This document shows, in pieces, positions 10,747 through 19,121 of a DNA stretch of 64,000 bases. The notes under the pieces are model-generated. The model saw nothing but the letters and a program-made list of their open reading frames with translations, did not search any database and was not told the DNA's origin. Every line of letters starts with the position of its first letter. The first letter of the stretch is position 1. The position numbers and the translations under genes were made by a program. This DNA comes from an uncultured virus (IMG/VR IMGVR_UViG_3300031787_000017) (lineage: Duplodnaviria; Heunggongvirae; Uroviricota; Caudoviricetes): IMG/VR virus record IMGVR_UViG_3300031787_000017. The stretch is one strand, 5' to 3'.

Positions 10747-13700
10747 CTAACGCAATGGCAAAGGCTAAAGCATCTGCTAAAGCAGTATTTGCCGCTACAT
10801 AAGAGGCATTTGCATGAGCATATACACTATTTGCATAATTAACTGGATCATAACCACGAACTAATATAGATTGAGTTACGACATTAGCTTTTAAATTAGC
10901 AATTACAAAACTTGTATTTGATACGTCAATAGTATTATTTGGCGTAACTGTATCAAAACTTGGATCTTCATAATTTTCAAACAGATAATATACACCATCT
11001 GATGCATCACGGAACAAACCGGTATGTCTCTTATTTACACCTGCGTCCTGACTATAATGTCCAAAAAAACCAATATCTAGTGCATCTGAAGTTTCATTAT
11101 TAGAAGCTAACTGAATTAACGAGTCATCTATTCTTAAGGTCGATACGTTAATTGTAGAAGCATTTCCAGATATGACTAAATTACCAGTAATTAAAACGTC
11201 ACCAGAGATTGTACCGCCAACAGAATCAAACTTATTATTTGCTAAACCATACGCACTGTTAGCATAATCACCAGATGTTACTGCACGTTGATCAGCAGTA
11301 GCAGCATTAGTGGTAGCAGTGTTGGCTTGACCATACGCACTGTTAGCATAATCACCTGAAGTTACAGCACGTTGGTCTGCTACACCAGAACTATTAATAG
11401 CACTATTAGCCTGACCATAAGCAGCATTAGCATATGTACCGCTCGTTACTGCTCTTTGATCTGCGGTATTAGCAACACCAAATCCTGAATTAGCATAATC
11501 ACCTGAAGTTACAGCACGCTGATCAGCTGTTGCAGCATTGGTAGTTGCTGTATTGGCTTGGCCATAAGCAGCATTAGCGTAAGCACCAGAAGTTACAGCA
11601 CGTTGATCAGCTGTATTTGCTGCGACAAAGGCACCATTAGCATATGTACCACTCGTTACAGCTCTTTGATCGGATGTGTTAGCCGTACCAAATGCCGAGT
11701 TGGCATAATCACCTGAAGTTACAGCACGTTGATCCGCAGTAGCAGCATTGTTAGTTGCTGTATTGGCTTGACTATATGCTGAGTTAGCATATGAACCTGA
11801 TGTTACAGCTCTTTGATCAGCAGTATTAGCTTGTACATATGCACTGTTAGCGTAATCACCTGAAGTTACTGCACGTTGATCTGCTGTAGCTGCATTGGTG
11901 GTAGCAGTGTTGGCTTGGCCATAAGCCGCATTAGCATAACTACCTGAAGTTACGGCTCTTTGGTCAGCAGTATTTGCAGCAACAAAAGCACCGTTAGAAT
12001 AAGAACTTGCACTATTAGCAGACTCAAAAGCCGCATTAGCATAAACAGCTGAGGTACTTCCCGCAGAAGATGTTGTGTTTGCTAAGACAAAAGCAGCATT
12101 AGCGTAAATTTCTGAAGCATCAGAGGCAATATTACTATAATTTAATCCATCATTTGTAAATGTCCACTTATCATAGGATTCATTCCACAACAATAGAACA
12201 GGATTTAAATCACCACGAAGAGCTCTCAAACCTGCATTTTCAGTAGGGTTACTTCCAATTTGTTCTATATTGACATCAATTATTCCATCTTGTACTATGA
12301 AATGTGGAACACTAAATTCAGCCGTGTTACCTTGAATAGTTACATTACCTGTGATGATAACGTCACCACTTACTGTACCACCAGAAGATGAGAACTTACC
12401 ATTCGCAGTAGAAAATGCCGAGTTAGCATAAGATCCGGCACTTACTGCTTTCTGATCAGCTGTTGCAGCATTTGTTGTGGCGGTATTAGCTTGAGCGTAA
12501 GCAGAATTAGCATATCTACCAGAAGTTGTTGCTCTTTGATCCGATGTGTTAGCTGTACTAAATGCTGAGTTAGCGTAATCACCTGAAGTAACTGCTCTTT
12601 GGTCTGCTGTGGTTGCACTAGTAGTTGCTGTGTTAGCTTGACCATAAGCAGCATTAGCATAAGTGCCTGAAACTACAGATTTAGCATCAGCAGTATTAGC
12701 TTGTACATATGCACTGTTAGCGTAATCACCTGAAGTTACTGCACGTTGATCTGCTGTAGCTGCATTGGTGGTAGCAGTGTTGGCTTGGCCATAAGCCGCA
12801 TTAGCATAACTACCTGAAGTTACGGCTCTTTGGTCAGAAGTATTAGCTTGTACGTATGCTGAGTTAGCATAATTGCCTGAAGTAACTGCTCTTTGATCGG
12901 CAGCGGCAGCATTCGTGGTGGCTGTGTTAGCTTGACCATAAGCAGCATTAGCATAAGTGCCTGAAACTACAGATTTAGCATCAGCAGTATTCGCTGCAAC
13001 AAAGGCACCATTTGCGTATGAACCAGCACTTACAGCTTTCAAATCAGCTGTCGCAGCACTATTATTTGCGGTATTTGCCTGTGAATAAGCAGAGTTCGCA
13101 TAGCTACCTGATGTTACCGCTCTTTGGTCAGCAGTATTAGCGGTACTAAATGAAGCATTGGCATAATCACCAGAAGTAACCGCTCTTTGATCGGCTATTG
13201 CTGCATTAGTGGTAGCAGTGTTAGCTTGACCGTATGCTGAGTTAGCGTAAGATCCGGAACTTACGGCTTTCTGGTCAGCAGTATTCGATGCAGCGTAAGC
13301 TGAATTTGCATAAACACCTGTAGTATTTTGTGCAACAAAGGCCGCATTAGCATAAACTTCTGATGAAGAAGATGCTACATTTACAAAATTTGTACCGTCT
13401 ACAGTATATTGCCAATAATCTACACTTTCATTCCAAATAAAAGATACATTCGAAGATAAACCTCTATCAATTTCTAAACCAGCATTAAATGTGGGAACAT
13501 CCGCTTGGCCAATAGATGCGTTTAACGTAACAATATTATCTTTAATTAAAATTGTTTCCGTGTTAGCGTATACTGTAGTTCCAACGATTGTTAAATTACC
13601 AGAAACAGTAACATCACCAGAAATTGTTCCACCAGAACTAGAGAACTTACTATTTGCTGTTCCGTAAGCAGCGTTAGCATATACACCTGTAGTATTCTGC

Positions 13701-16384
13701 GAATCAAAAGCGGCATTAGCTTTTAAGAAAGCTGAATTGGCGTAATTGGATCCAACATTTTGAGAATCAAAAGCCGCATTTGCTTGTAAATATGCAGCGT
13801 TAGCATATACACCGGTAGTATTTTGACTAGTAAATGCTGCATTAGCATAAGCACCAGAAATTACTGCTCGTTGATCCGAAGTATTAGCAGCAGCAAATGC
13901 AGCATTAGTGTATACTCCAGTGGTGTTCTGACTTATAAATGCTGCGTTAGCATAAGCACCTGTAGTGTTCTGTGAATTAAAAGCTGCATTAGCATGTAAA
14001 TAGGCAGTGTTTGCATAAACTTCTGCCGCTGCAGATCCCACAAAACTATACAAAATTCCATCATTTGTAAAGGTCCATCTTAATAAAGATTCATTCCATC
14101 TAAATTGAACTGGAACTTCATCACCACGAATGACTCTAATACCAGCATTTTGCGTCGGAGTACCTATAGTCTCGGCCGAAATATCGATAATATTATCTTC
14201 AATCGAAAGACTAGGCACACTTACTGTTACAGAAGAACCTTGTATTGTTAGGTTCGCATTAATTGTAACATCACCAGAAATTGTACCACCAGCAGAAGCA
14301 AATTTTGTGTTTGCTAATGCGTGTGCAGAGTTTGCGTGACTATAAGCAGCATTTACATGTGGTCTAGCATAAAAATCTATCGATGATGCAGCAAGAGTAT
14401 TTGCAAAATTAAAAGATGCATTTGCATGAATATACGCTGTATTCGATTGATTAAAAGAAGCATTTGCGGTATCATACGCAGCTTGACCTGTTGCTAAATC
14501 AATAATTGAGTTTGCCTTCGCATAGGAAGCAAGTGCAATAATTACAGCAAGATTTGCTTGTAAATGTGCCGAGTTAGCAAAGGCAAAATTTAAGTTGCCA
14601 TTAGCATAAGAGGCATTAGCATGATTTCTTGCATATATGTCAGTTGCACCTAATGATATTGTATTTGCATAAGCAAATGCAGCATTAGAATGTATAAAGG
14701 CGGAGTTAGCATAAGAACCAACCACATTTGCAACACTGTTTGACGAATCAAATGCTGCATTTGCTCTATCGAAAGCAGATTGGTTAAATGTTGGACTCGT
14801 AGCATTAGCAGCTGCAAATGCAGCATTAGCCTGTAGATATGCTGCGTTAGCATGTTCACTAGGAGTATTGGCTTTTGTAAACGCAGAATTTACCGTGTTA
14901 TATACAACATTCAAAACACTTATAGTGGTGTTTACGGTTGCAAAAGCCGCATTTGTTCTATTAAATGCCGAAGCAACTGAAACAGTAGATTGAGTTCCTA
15001 CCGCAAAAGCAGTATTAGCCAAATCGAAAGCGGCATTGGCATAAGAACTTGCTGCTCCCGATCCTACATTACTATAGTTTGAACCATCATTTGTAAATGT
15101 CCAACTATCTGTGGTTTCATTCCAAATAAAATAAACATTTGGAGATGAACCTCTTTCTACTTCAATACCAGCATCTTGAGTTGGTTCTGCTGCTTGACCC
15201 AAATCAGCATTAAGTGTGATGATATTATCACCGATATTCAACTGATTTGTTGCTATGTAATTTACATTACCAGTTACAGTTAAATTACCTGTAACTGTTA
15301 AGTTACCCGAAACTGTACCGCCACTTAAATTTAACTTAGAATTTGCAGTGTTATATGAAGCGTTTGCGTGAGCATATGCAAGTGTCGTCGATATATTTGT
15401 TGTGGTAGAAACGTAAAAAGCATTTATTGCATCATTCTGTACCGCATCTATATTGTCAGATAAAGCGTCAACTAAAGCAGCAGTATTAGAAGATGTGCTT
15501 AAAGAACTATTAGCAACTGCAAAAGCAGCATTTACTGTAGTTGATATATAACTAGCTAAATTATATGCTTGATTAGCAGTTTCACTAGCATTTATATCTG
15601 TATTAGCTGCAACAAAAGCTGCATTTGCGTGTACGTAAGAATTTAAAGAACTTAATAGTGCAATATTAGCTATTTCAAAACTGGCGTTAGCATATAAAGA
15701 AGCACTTACAACATTGTTTGCAGTATTGAAGGCTGCGTTAGCATGATTAAATGCCGTTTGATTAAAAGATGGTGTTGAAGTGTTTGCCGCATTAAAGGCC
15801 GCCTGCGCCAATACGTTTGCTAAATTAGCTTTCTCAAAAGCCGCATCAGATTGTTGCTGTGTTGCTACTGATATTGATAGATTCGAAGCCTGAGTAATTC
15901 TACCACTTTCATCTACAGTGATTACAGGAATTGTTGTGGAATTACCATAAGTTCCTGCGTTAACGCCAGTAGAATCCAATTCTGTCTGAATAGTAACAGA
16001 ATTACTAAAAGTTGTTACTGCTGTTCCGTTAAGGTTTCCAGTTAAAATTATTTCAACGGGGTTAAAAATAGAATTAGCAGAATTTGCTATACCATCTAAA
16101 TTACCAATAAATCCAGGTGTAACAACCGAGGTTGAAACAAAAACGCGAGATTGTATATCACCAGCTGCATTTCTCTCAACTATAGTATTAGAAGAAGTTG
16201 TATTACTTCTTCTATCCAACATATTAGTATAATATGAACCGCCAATGATTTCATAAGAACCTGCGTCTGTTCCTATGAATAAATTTCCCGAAACAAAAGA
16301 ATAAGCTAATTCGCCGCCTAATAATTGATTTGGTTCTGGAGTAGTATTCGCTGTAGAATACTTTGTTACAATTGCTGTTGACAC
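10742..16384 (-). CDS. Long tail fibre-like protein, 1880 aa, with Ala-rich heptad repeats
   Basis: N-terminal P..L..GELAYS....LFIG motif typical of phage fibre attachment domains (Mtd_N-like); four GGT(I/V)SG(D/N)...AG....RG....WNE..D.W.(F/Y)T.DG modules; ANTADQRAVTSGxYANSA repeats; C-terminal ALAFAIALG. Confidence 0.85.
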   Translation of the reverse strand: MSTAIVTKYSTANTTPEPNQLLGGELAYSFVSGNLFIGTDAGSYEIIGGSYYTNMLDRRSNTTSSNTIVERNAAGDIQSRVFVSTSVVTPGFIGNLDGIANSANSIFNPVEIILTGNLNGTAVTTFSNSVTIQTELDSTGVNAGTYGNSTTIPVITVDESGRITQASNLSISVATQQQSDAAFEKANLANVLAQAAFNAANTSTPSFNQTAFNHANAAFNTANNVVSASLYANASFEIANIALLSSLNSYVHANAAFVAANTDINASETANQAYNLASYISTTVNAAFAVANSSLSTSSNTAALVDALSDNIDAVQNDAINAFYVSTTTNISTTLAYAHANASYNTANSKLNLSGGTVSGNLTVTGNLTVTGNVNYIATNQLNIGDNIITLNADLGQAAEPTQDAGIEVERGSSPNVYFIWNETTDSWTFTNDGSNYSNVGSGAASSYANAAFDLANTAFAVGTQSTVSVASAFNRTNAAFATVNTTISVLNVVYNTVNSAFTKANTPSEHANAAYLQANAAFAAANATSPTFNQSAFDRANAAFDSSNSVANVVGSYANSAFIHSNAAFAYANTISLGATDIYARNHANASYANGNLNFAFANSAHLQANLAVIIALASYAKANSIIDLATGQAAYDTANASFNQSNTAYIHANASFNFANTLAASSIDFYARPHVNAAYSHANSAHALANTKFASAGGTISGDVTINANLTIQGSSVTVSVPSLSIEDNIIDISAETIGTPTQNAGIRVIRGDEVPVQFRWNESLLRWTFTNDGILYSFVGSAAAEVYANTAYLHANAAFNSQNTTGAYANAAFISQNTTGVYTNAAFAAANTSDQRAVISGAYANAAFTSQNTTGVYANAAYLQANAAFDSQNVGSNYANSAFLKANAAFDSQNTTGVYANAAYGTANSKFSSSGGTISGDVTVSGNLTIVGTTVYANTETILIKDNIVTLNASIGQADVPTFNAGLEIDRGLSSNVSFIWNESVDYWQYTVDGTNFVNVASSSSEVYANAAFVAQNTTGVYANSAYAASNTADQKAVSSGSYANSAYGQANTATTNAAIADQRAVTSGDYANASFSTANTADQRAVTSGSYANSAYSQANTANNSAATADLKAVSAGSYANGAFVAANTADAKSVVSGTYANAAYGQANTATTNAAAADQRAVTSGNYANSAYVQANTSDQRAVTSGSYANAAYGQANTATTNAATADQRAVTSGDYANSAYVQANTADAKSVVSGTYANAAYGQANTATTSATTADQRAVTSGDYANSAFSTANTSDQRATTSGRYANSAYAQANTATTNAATADQKAVSAGSYANSAFSTANGKFSSSGGTVSGDVIITGNVTIQGNTAEFSVPHFIVQDGIIDVNIEQIGSNPTENAGLRALRGDLNPVLLLWNESYDKWTFTNDGLNYSNIASDASEIYANAAFVLANTTSSAGSTSAVYANAAFESANSASSYSNGAFVAANTADQRAVTSGSYANAAYGQANTATTNAATADQRAVTSGDYANSAYVQANTADQRAVTSGSYANSAYSQANTATNNAATADQRAVTSGDYANSAFGTANTSDQRAVTSGTYANGAFVAANTADQRAVTSGAYANAAYGQANTATTNAATADQRAVTSGDYANSGFGVANTADQRAVTSGTYANAAYGQANSAINSSGVADQRAVTSGDYANSAYGQANTATTNAATADQRAVTSGDYANSAYGLANNKFDSVGGTISGDVLITGNLVISGNASTINVSTLRIDDSLIQLASNNETSDALDIGFFGHYSQDAGVNKRHTGLFRDASDGVYYLFENYEDPSFDTVTPNNTIDVSNTSFVIANLKANVVTQSILVRGYDPVNYANSVYAHANASYVAANTALADALAFAIALG

Positions 16385-16585
16385 TTAGAAACTTCCACCA
16401 TTAATTACTGGAATTTCTTTCATAACAAATTTATTAGAACCAGCCTCATAAGTCAAAACAAAACCGTCCTGAGATCCTTGAGTTTCTACATTATTTAATT
16501 GAGAGAGACTTAGATTTGCAGTTCTAGCCACGGTAACAGAAGATATGGTTGTTTTTTGCGGCTTTACGTTTACATTTATTGGCAT
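16385..16585 (-). CDS. Small hypothetical virion-associated protein
   Basis: 66-aa ORF tightly packed between structural genes; LSQLNNV...DGFVLTY resembles short fibre-repeat motifs; ends INGGSF. Confidence 0.6.
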   Translation of the reverse strand: MPINVNVKPQKTTISSVTVARTANLSLSQLNNVETQGSQDGFVLTYEAGSNKFVMKEIPVINGGSF

Positions 16586-16587
16586 TT

Positions 16588-16920
16588 TTATCTCGTTACG
16601 TTAGGGAGGACAGTAATTATACCTTCAAATATTCGTGTCACTTCACCTGCACCATCATCTATTTCAACATCATAAACGTATCGTCCTGGGGTTAAATTTG
16701 CGGTATTTGCTGCCGACATTATCATAGTGATTTCTCCTATATTAGGAGTCGTCACCTGAACATTAAAATCGTATTTTGTTGAGGAATAATAAGATTTACG
16801 CATTTGAGACCTAGCGGTATAACCGAATAGGTTTTGACCAGCTCCAGTGCCATCATTCACTGTAATTACAGTATTAAAAGTAGCACCCTGATCTATTGTA
16901 AGTTCTACAAATTCAGCCAC
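16588..16920 (-). CDS. Conserved T4-like virion protein (BppU N-terminal-like beta-sandwich)
   Basis: LTIDQGATF...GYTARSQMRKSY...GRYVYDVEI...TRIFEGIITVLPNVTR pattern; GTG start with AGGAG RBS. Confidence 0.65.
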   Translation of the reverse strand: MAEFVELTIDQGATFNTVITVNDGTGAGQNLFGYTARSQMRKSYYSSTKYDFNVQVTTPNIGEITMIMSAANTANLTPGRYVYDVEIDDGAGEVTRIFEGIITVLPNVTR

Positions 16921-16944
16921 ATTAAACTCCTCTTGTTAACGTGG

Positions 16945-16952
16945 TATTTAGT
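16945..16952 (-). promoter_or_regulatory. T4-type late promoter-like motif (ACTAAATA)
   Basis: TAAATA core in the intergenic gap 25 nt upstream of the 16920 start, at the head of the fibre gene block. Confidence 0.5.
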
Positions 16953-16969
16953 CAAACCAATATCTTTAC

Positions 16970-17284
16970 CTAAACAGAAAAACTACTTCCGCAACCACAA
17001 GTTGTTTGTGCATTAGGATTTTCTATTGTAAAGGTATGGCCCATAATATCTTCTTTGAAATTCAAAGTTGCAGAACTTAAATATTGCATACTAAAAGAAT
17101 CTACAAGAATAGAAAATCCATCAAGAGGAATTTCAAAATCATCTTCAGAAAGTTCTTCTTCAAAGTCGAATCCATATCTAAATCCAGAGCATCCTCCACC
17201 CTCAACGTAGACTCGCAAGTACTTATTTTCTTCATCTAAATATTGTTTAATTTCGTTGATCGCAGACTCGGTTACATTTAACAT
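16970..17284 (-). CDS. erpA: A-type Fe-S cluster carrier (ErpA/IscA/HesB family)
   Basis: LRVYVEGGGCSGFRYGF and NPNAQTTCGCGSSF contain all three conserved Cys; strong GGAGG RBS. Confidence 0.92.
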   Translation of the reverse strand: MLNVTESAINEIKQYLDEENKYLRVYVEGGGCSGFRYGFDFEEELSEDDFEIPLDGFSILVDSFSMQYLSSATLNFKEDIMGHTFTIENPNAQTTCGCGSSFSV

Positions 17285-17318
17285 TAATACCTCCTATTAA
17301 TACCTATATTTATTTTGC

Positions 17319-17876
17319 ATGGAAAAGACTATTTTAATGATACACACGATTCAAGATAAACTCTTGAATCATCGATTGGAAGATTACATTTTAACATTTG
17401 ATGACGGTCTTTACAACCATTTTTATTACTATCCAAAAATTAAAAAACTAAAAACAGAAAAAATATTTTTTATTTCAACAGATATTATTTGTGACGGTAA
17501 ACAATCCAAACTTTTTATTAATTCAGAAGAATGCCACAAAAAAGCTTATATGGGTAATAAAGAAAATTTTATGACATTAGAACAGATAAAATATTTATCC
17601 GAAGAAAAAAATGTTTTCATTGGAGGACATTCACATTTTCATAAAAATTTAAATTTGTTTTCTAACTTAAACGACACAATAAGTCATATTAAAAAAGACA
17701 CTGAACTTATGTTAGAGTGGTTTCATAAAAAACTAAATTTATTTCCAAATAAGTTTTGTTTTCCTTATAATGATGACTTAAATGGATTATATAAATCGAT
17801 ATTGAAAACTTATGGTATTAATCAATTTTATGGAAAAGAAAGACTCGCAATAGAAAATATTAATTTGTCAAGTTGA
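17319..17876 (+). CDS. Polysaccharide deacetylase (CE4/NodB-like)
   Basis: ILTFDDG motif 1, GGHSHFH metal-binding motif and FCFPYN motif. Confidence 0.82.
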   Translation: MEKTILMIHTIQDKLLNHRLEDYILTFDDGLYNHFYYYPKIKKLKTEKIFFISTDIICDGKQSKLFINSEECHKKAYMGNKENFMTLEQIKYLSEEKNVFIGGHSHFHKNLNLFSNLNDTISHIKKDTELMLEWFHKKLNLFPNKFCFPYNDDLNGLYKSILKTYGINQFYGKERLAIENINLSS

Positions 17877-18444
17877 GTTTTGATGACAACATTTTGAAAT
17901 AGATGTCCGATCTAAATTCATTTTGCCAAACTTTCTTTTCATTTTCATCAAAAGAAAAACCATGATTAAGTTTTATGGGCGCAAAATCTAAATCAATAAA
18001 ACTTAATTCTTCTTTATACTCTATTATATTGTGAAGATTTAGAGATACATATCCCCAACCACATTTGACTGAATGATCCACTAACTTTTTTATATATTTT
18101 AAAAATTTTACTTGATTGGTACTTTTGAGATTTTGATCTACGAGTTTTCCTCTATAAGTAGAGTAACCACAACAAATACCATTGTCATAAATGAATTCAT
18201 GAAATGCAGGCACAGTCTCTTGAGTTATTAAACCCGTATGATAAATAGACATTTCTTTCATACCTAACCATTGTAAATTTAGTCCGTCTAAAATATAATA
18301 ACCTAAAGAAGTTCTTGAATAATATGAAATATTATTTATTATTTTGTAATAAAAGTTATTATCATAGTATAAGGTAGCTTTTAAGTTATTACCCACATTT
18401 TCAATTTTTTTTAAATGTGAAAGATTTATATTCTCTAGAATCAT
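17860..18444 (-). CDS. Hypothetical protein, possibly a degenerate protein-kinase-like fold
   Basis: 194-aa ORF; YYKII, YVSLNLHNII and SFIDLDF fall in the order of the kinase Lys strand, catalytic loop and DFG-like motif. Confidence 0.45.
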   Translation of the reverse strand: MILENINLSHLKKIENVGNNLKATLYYDNNFYYKIINNISYYSRTSLGYYILDGLNLQWLGMKEMSIYHTGLITQETVPAFHEFIYDNGICCGYSTYRGKLVDQNLKSTNQVKFLKYIKKLVDHSVKCGWGYVSLNLHNIIEYKEELSFIDLDFAPIKLNHGFSFDENEKKVWQNEFRSDIYFKMLSSKLNLTN

Positions 18445-18474
18445 AACAGATACGTTAAAATTTAAAATAAATTT

Positions 18475-19119
18475 ATGCCACTACTTTTTGAAAATCCAAA
18501 ATCAACTTTTATACACATTCCTAAAAATGCCGGAAATAGTTTCGAATCATGGGTAATTGAAAATAAAATTAAATATAAAAATGAATTCAATCACTACACT
18601 TTACAGCAATCTAAACAAATATGGCAAGATTTAGGTATAGTTTTTAGTTTTGTTAGAAATCCTTTTTCTAGAACCGTAAGCATTTTTCATTATTTAGGTC
18701 AAAATGCGGAAAGAAAAATTAAAGAAAAAAAATCAATCAACTTAATAGATGATTTGAAAACTGTAAAATTATACAAAAAAGGTTTTGATTATTGGTTAAA
18801 TTGTTTATTTGATACGTCTAGTGAATTTAATGAAAAGAATGAGGTTATGAGTTTTAATGGTGAAAGTAGTTGGCCTAGACGAGCACCTCAAGGATTTTGG
18901 TTTAATTGGGAAAAAATAGACTATGTAATTAAGATTGAAAAACTTAATCATGATATGGGAATATTGAAAGACATATTCAAATTAAAAAAATGCACTTTAA
19001 TACCTATTATAAATACTAGTGATCACAACGAATATAAAACTTATTATAATAATCAAAACAAAAAAATTATTCGAAGTATGTTTGAATATGACCTGAACAA
19101 TTTTAATTACGACTTTTAA
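18475..19119 (+). CDS. Sulfotransferase family 2 protein
   Basis: FIHIPKNAGNS (5'-PSB) and FSFVRNPFSRTVSIF (3'-PB) motifs; C-terminal DLNNFNYDF. Confidence 0.88.
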   Translation: MPLLFENPKSTFIHIPKNAGNSFESWVIENKIKYKNEFNHYTLQQSKQIWQDLGIVFSFVRNPFSRTVSIFHYLGQNAERKIKEKKSINLIDDLKTVKLYKKGFDYWLNCLFDTSSEFNEKNEVMSFNGESSWPRRAPQGFWFNWEKIDYVIKIEKLNHDMGILKDIFKLKKCTLIPIINTSDHNEYKTYYNNQNKKIIRSMFEYDLNNFNYDF

Positions 19120-19121
19120 AA

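Noticed and set aside
4905..11235. Diversity-generating retroelement template/variable repeat pair (duplicated module B)
   Set aside because: The differences I compared are mostly third-position and not adenine-specific, both copies are coding, and no reverse transcriptase is present in the window.
600..13320. CRISPR-like array suggested by regularly recurring ttagcata motifs
   Set aside because: The repeats are in-frame coding units varying at synonymous positions, with no unique spacers and no cas genes.
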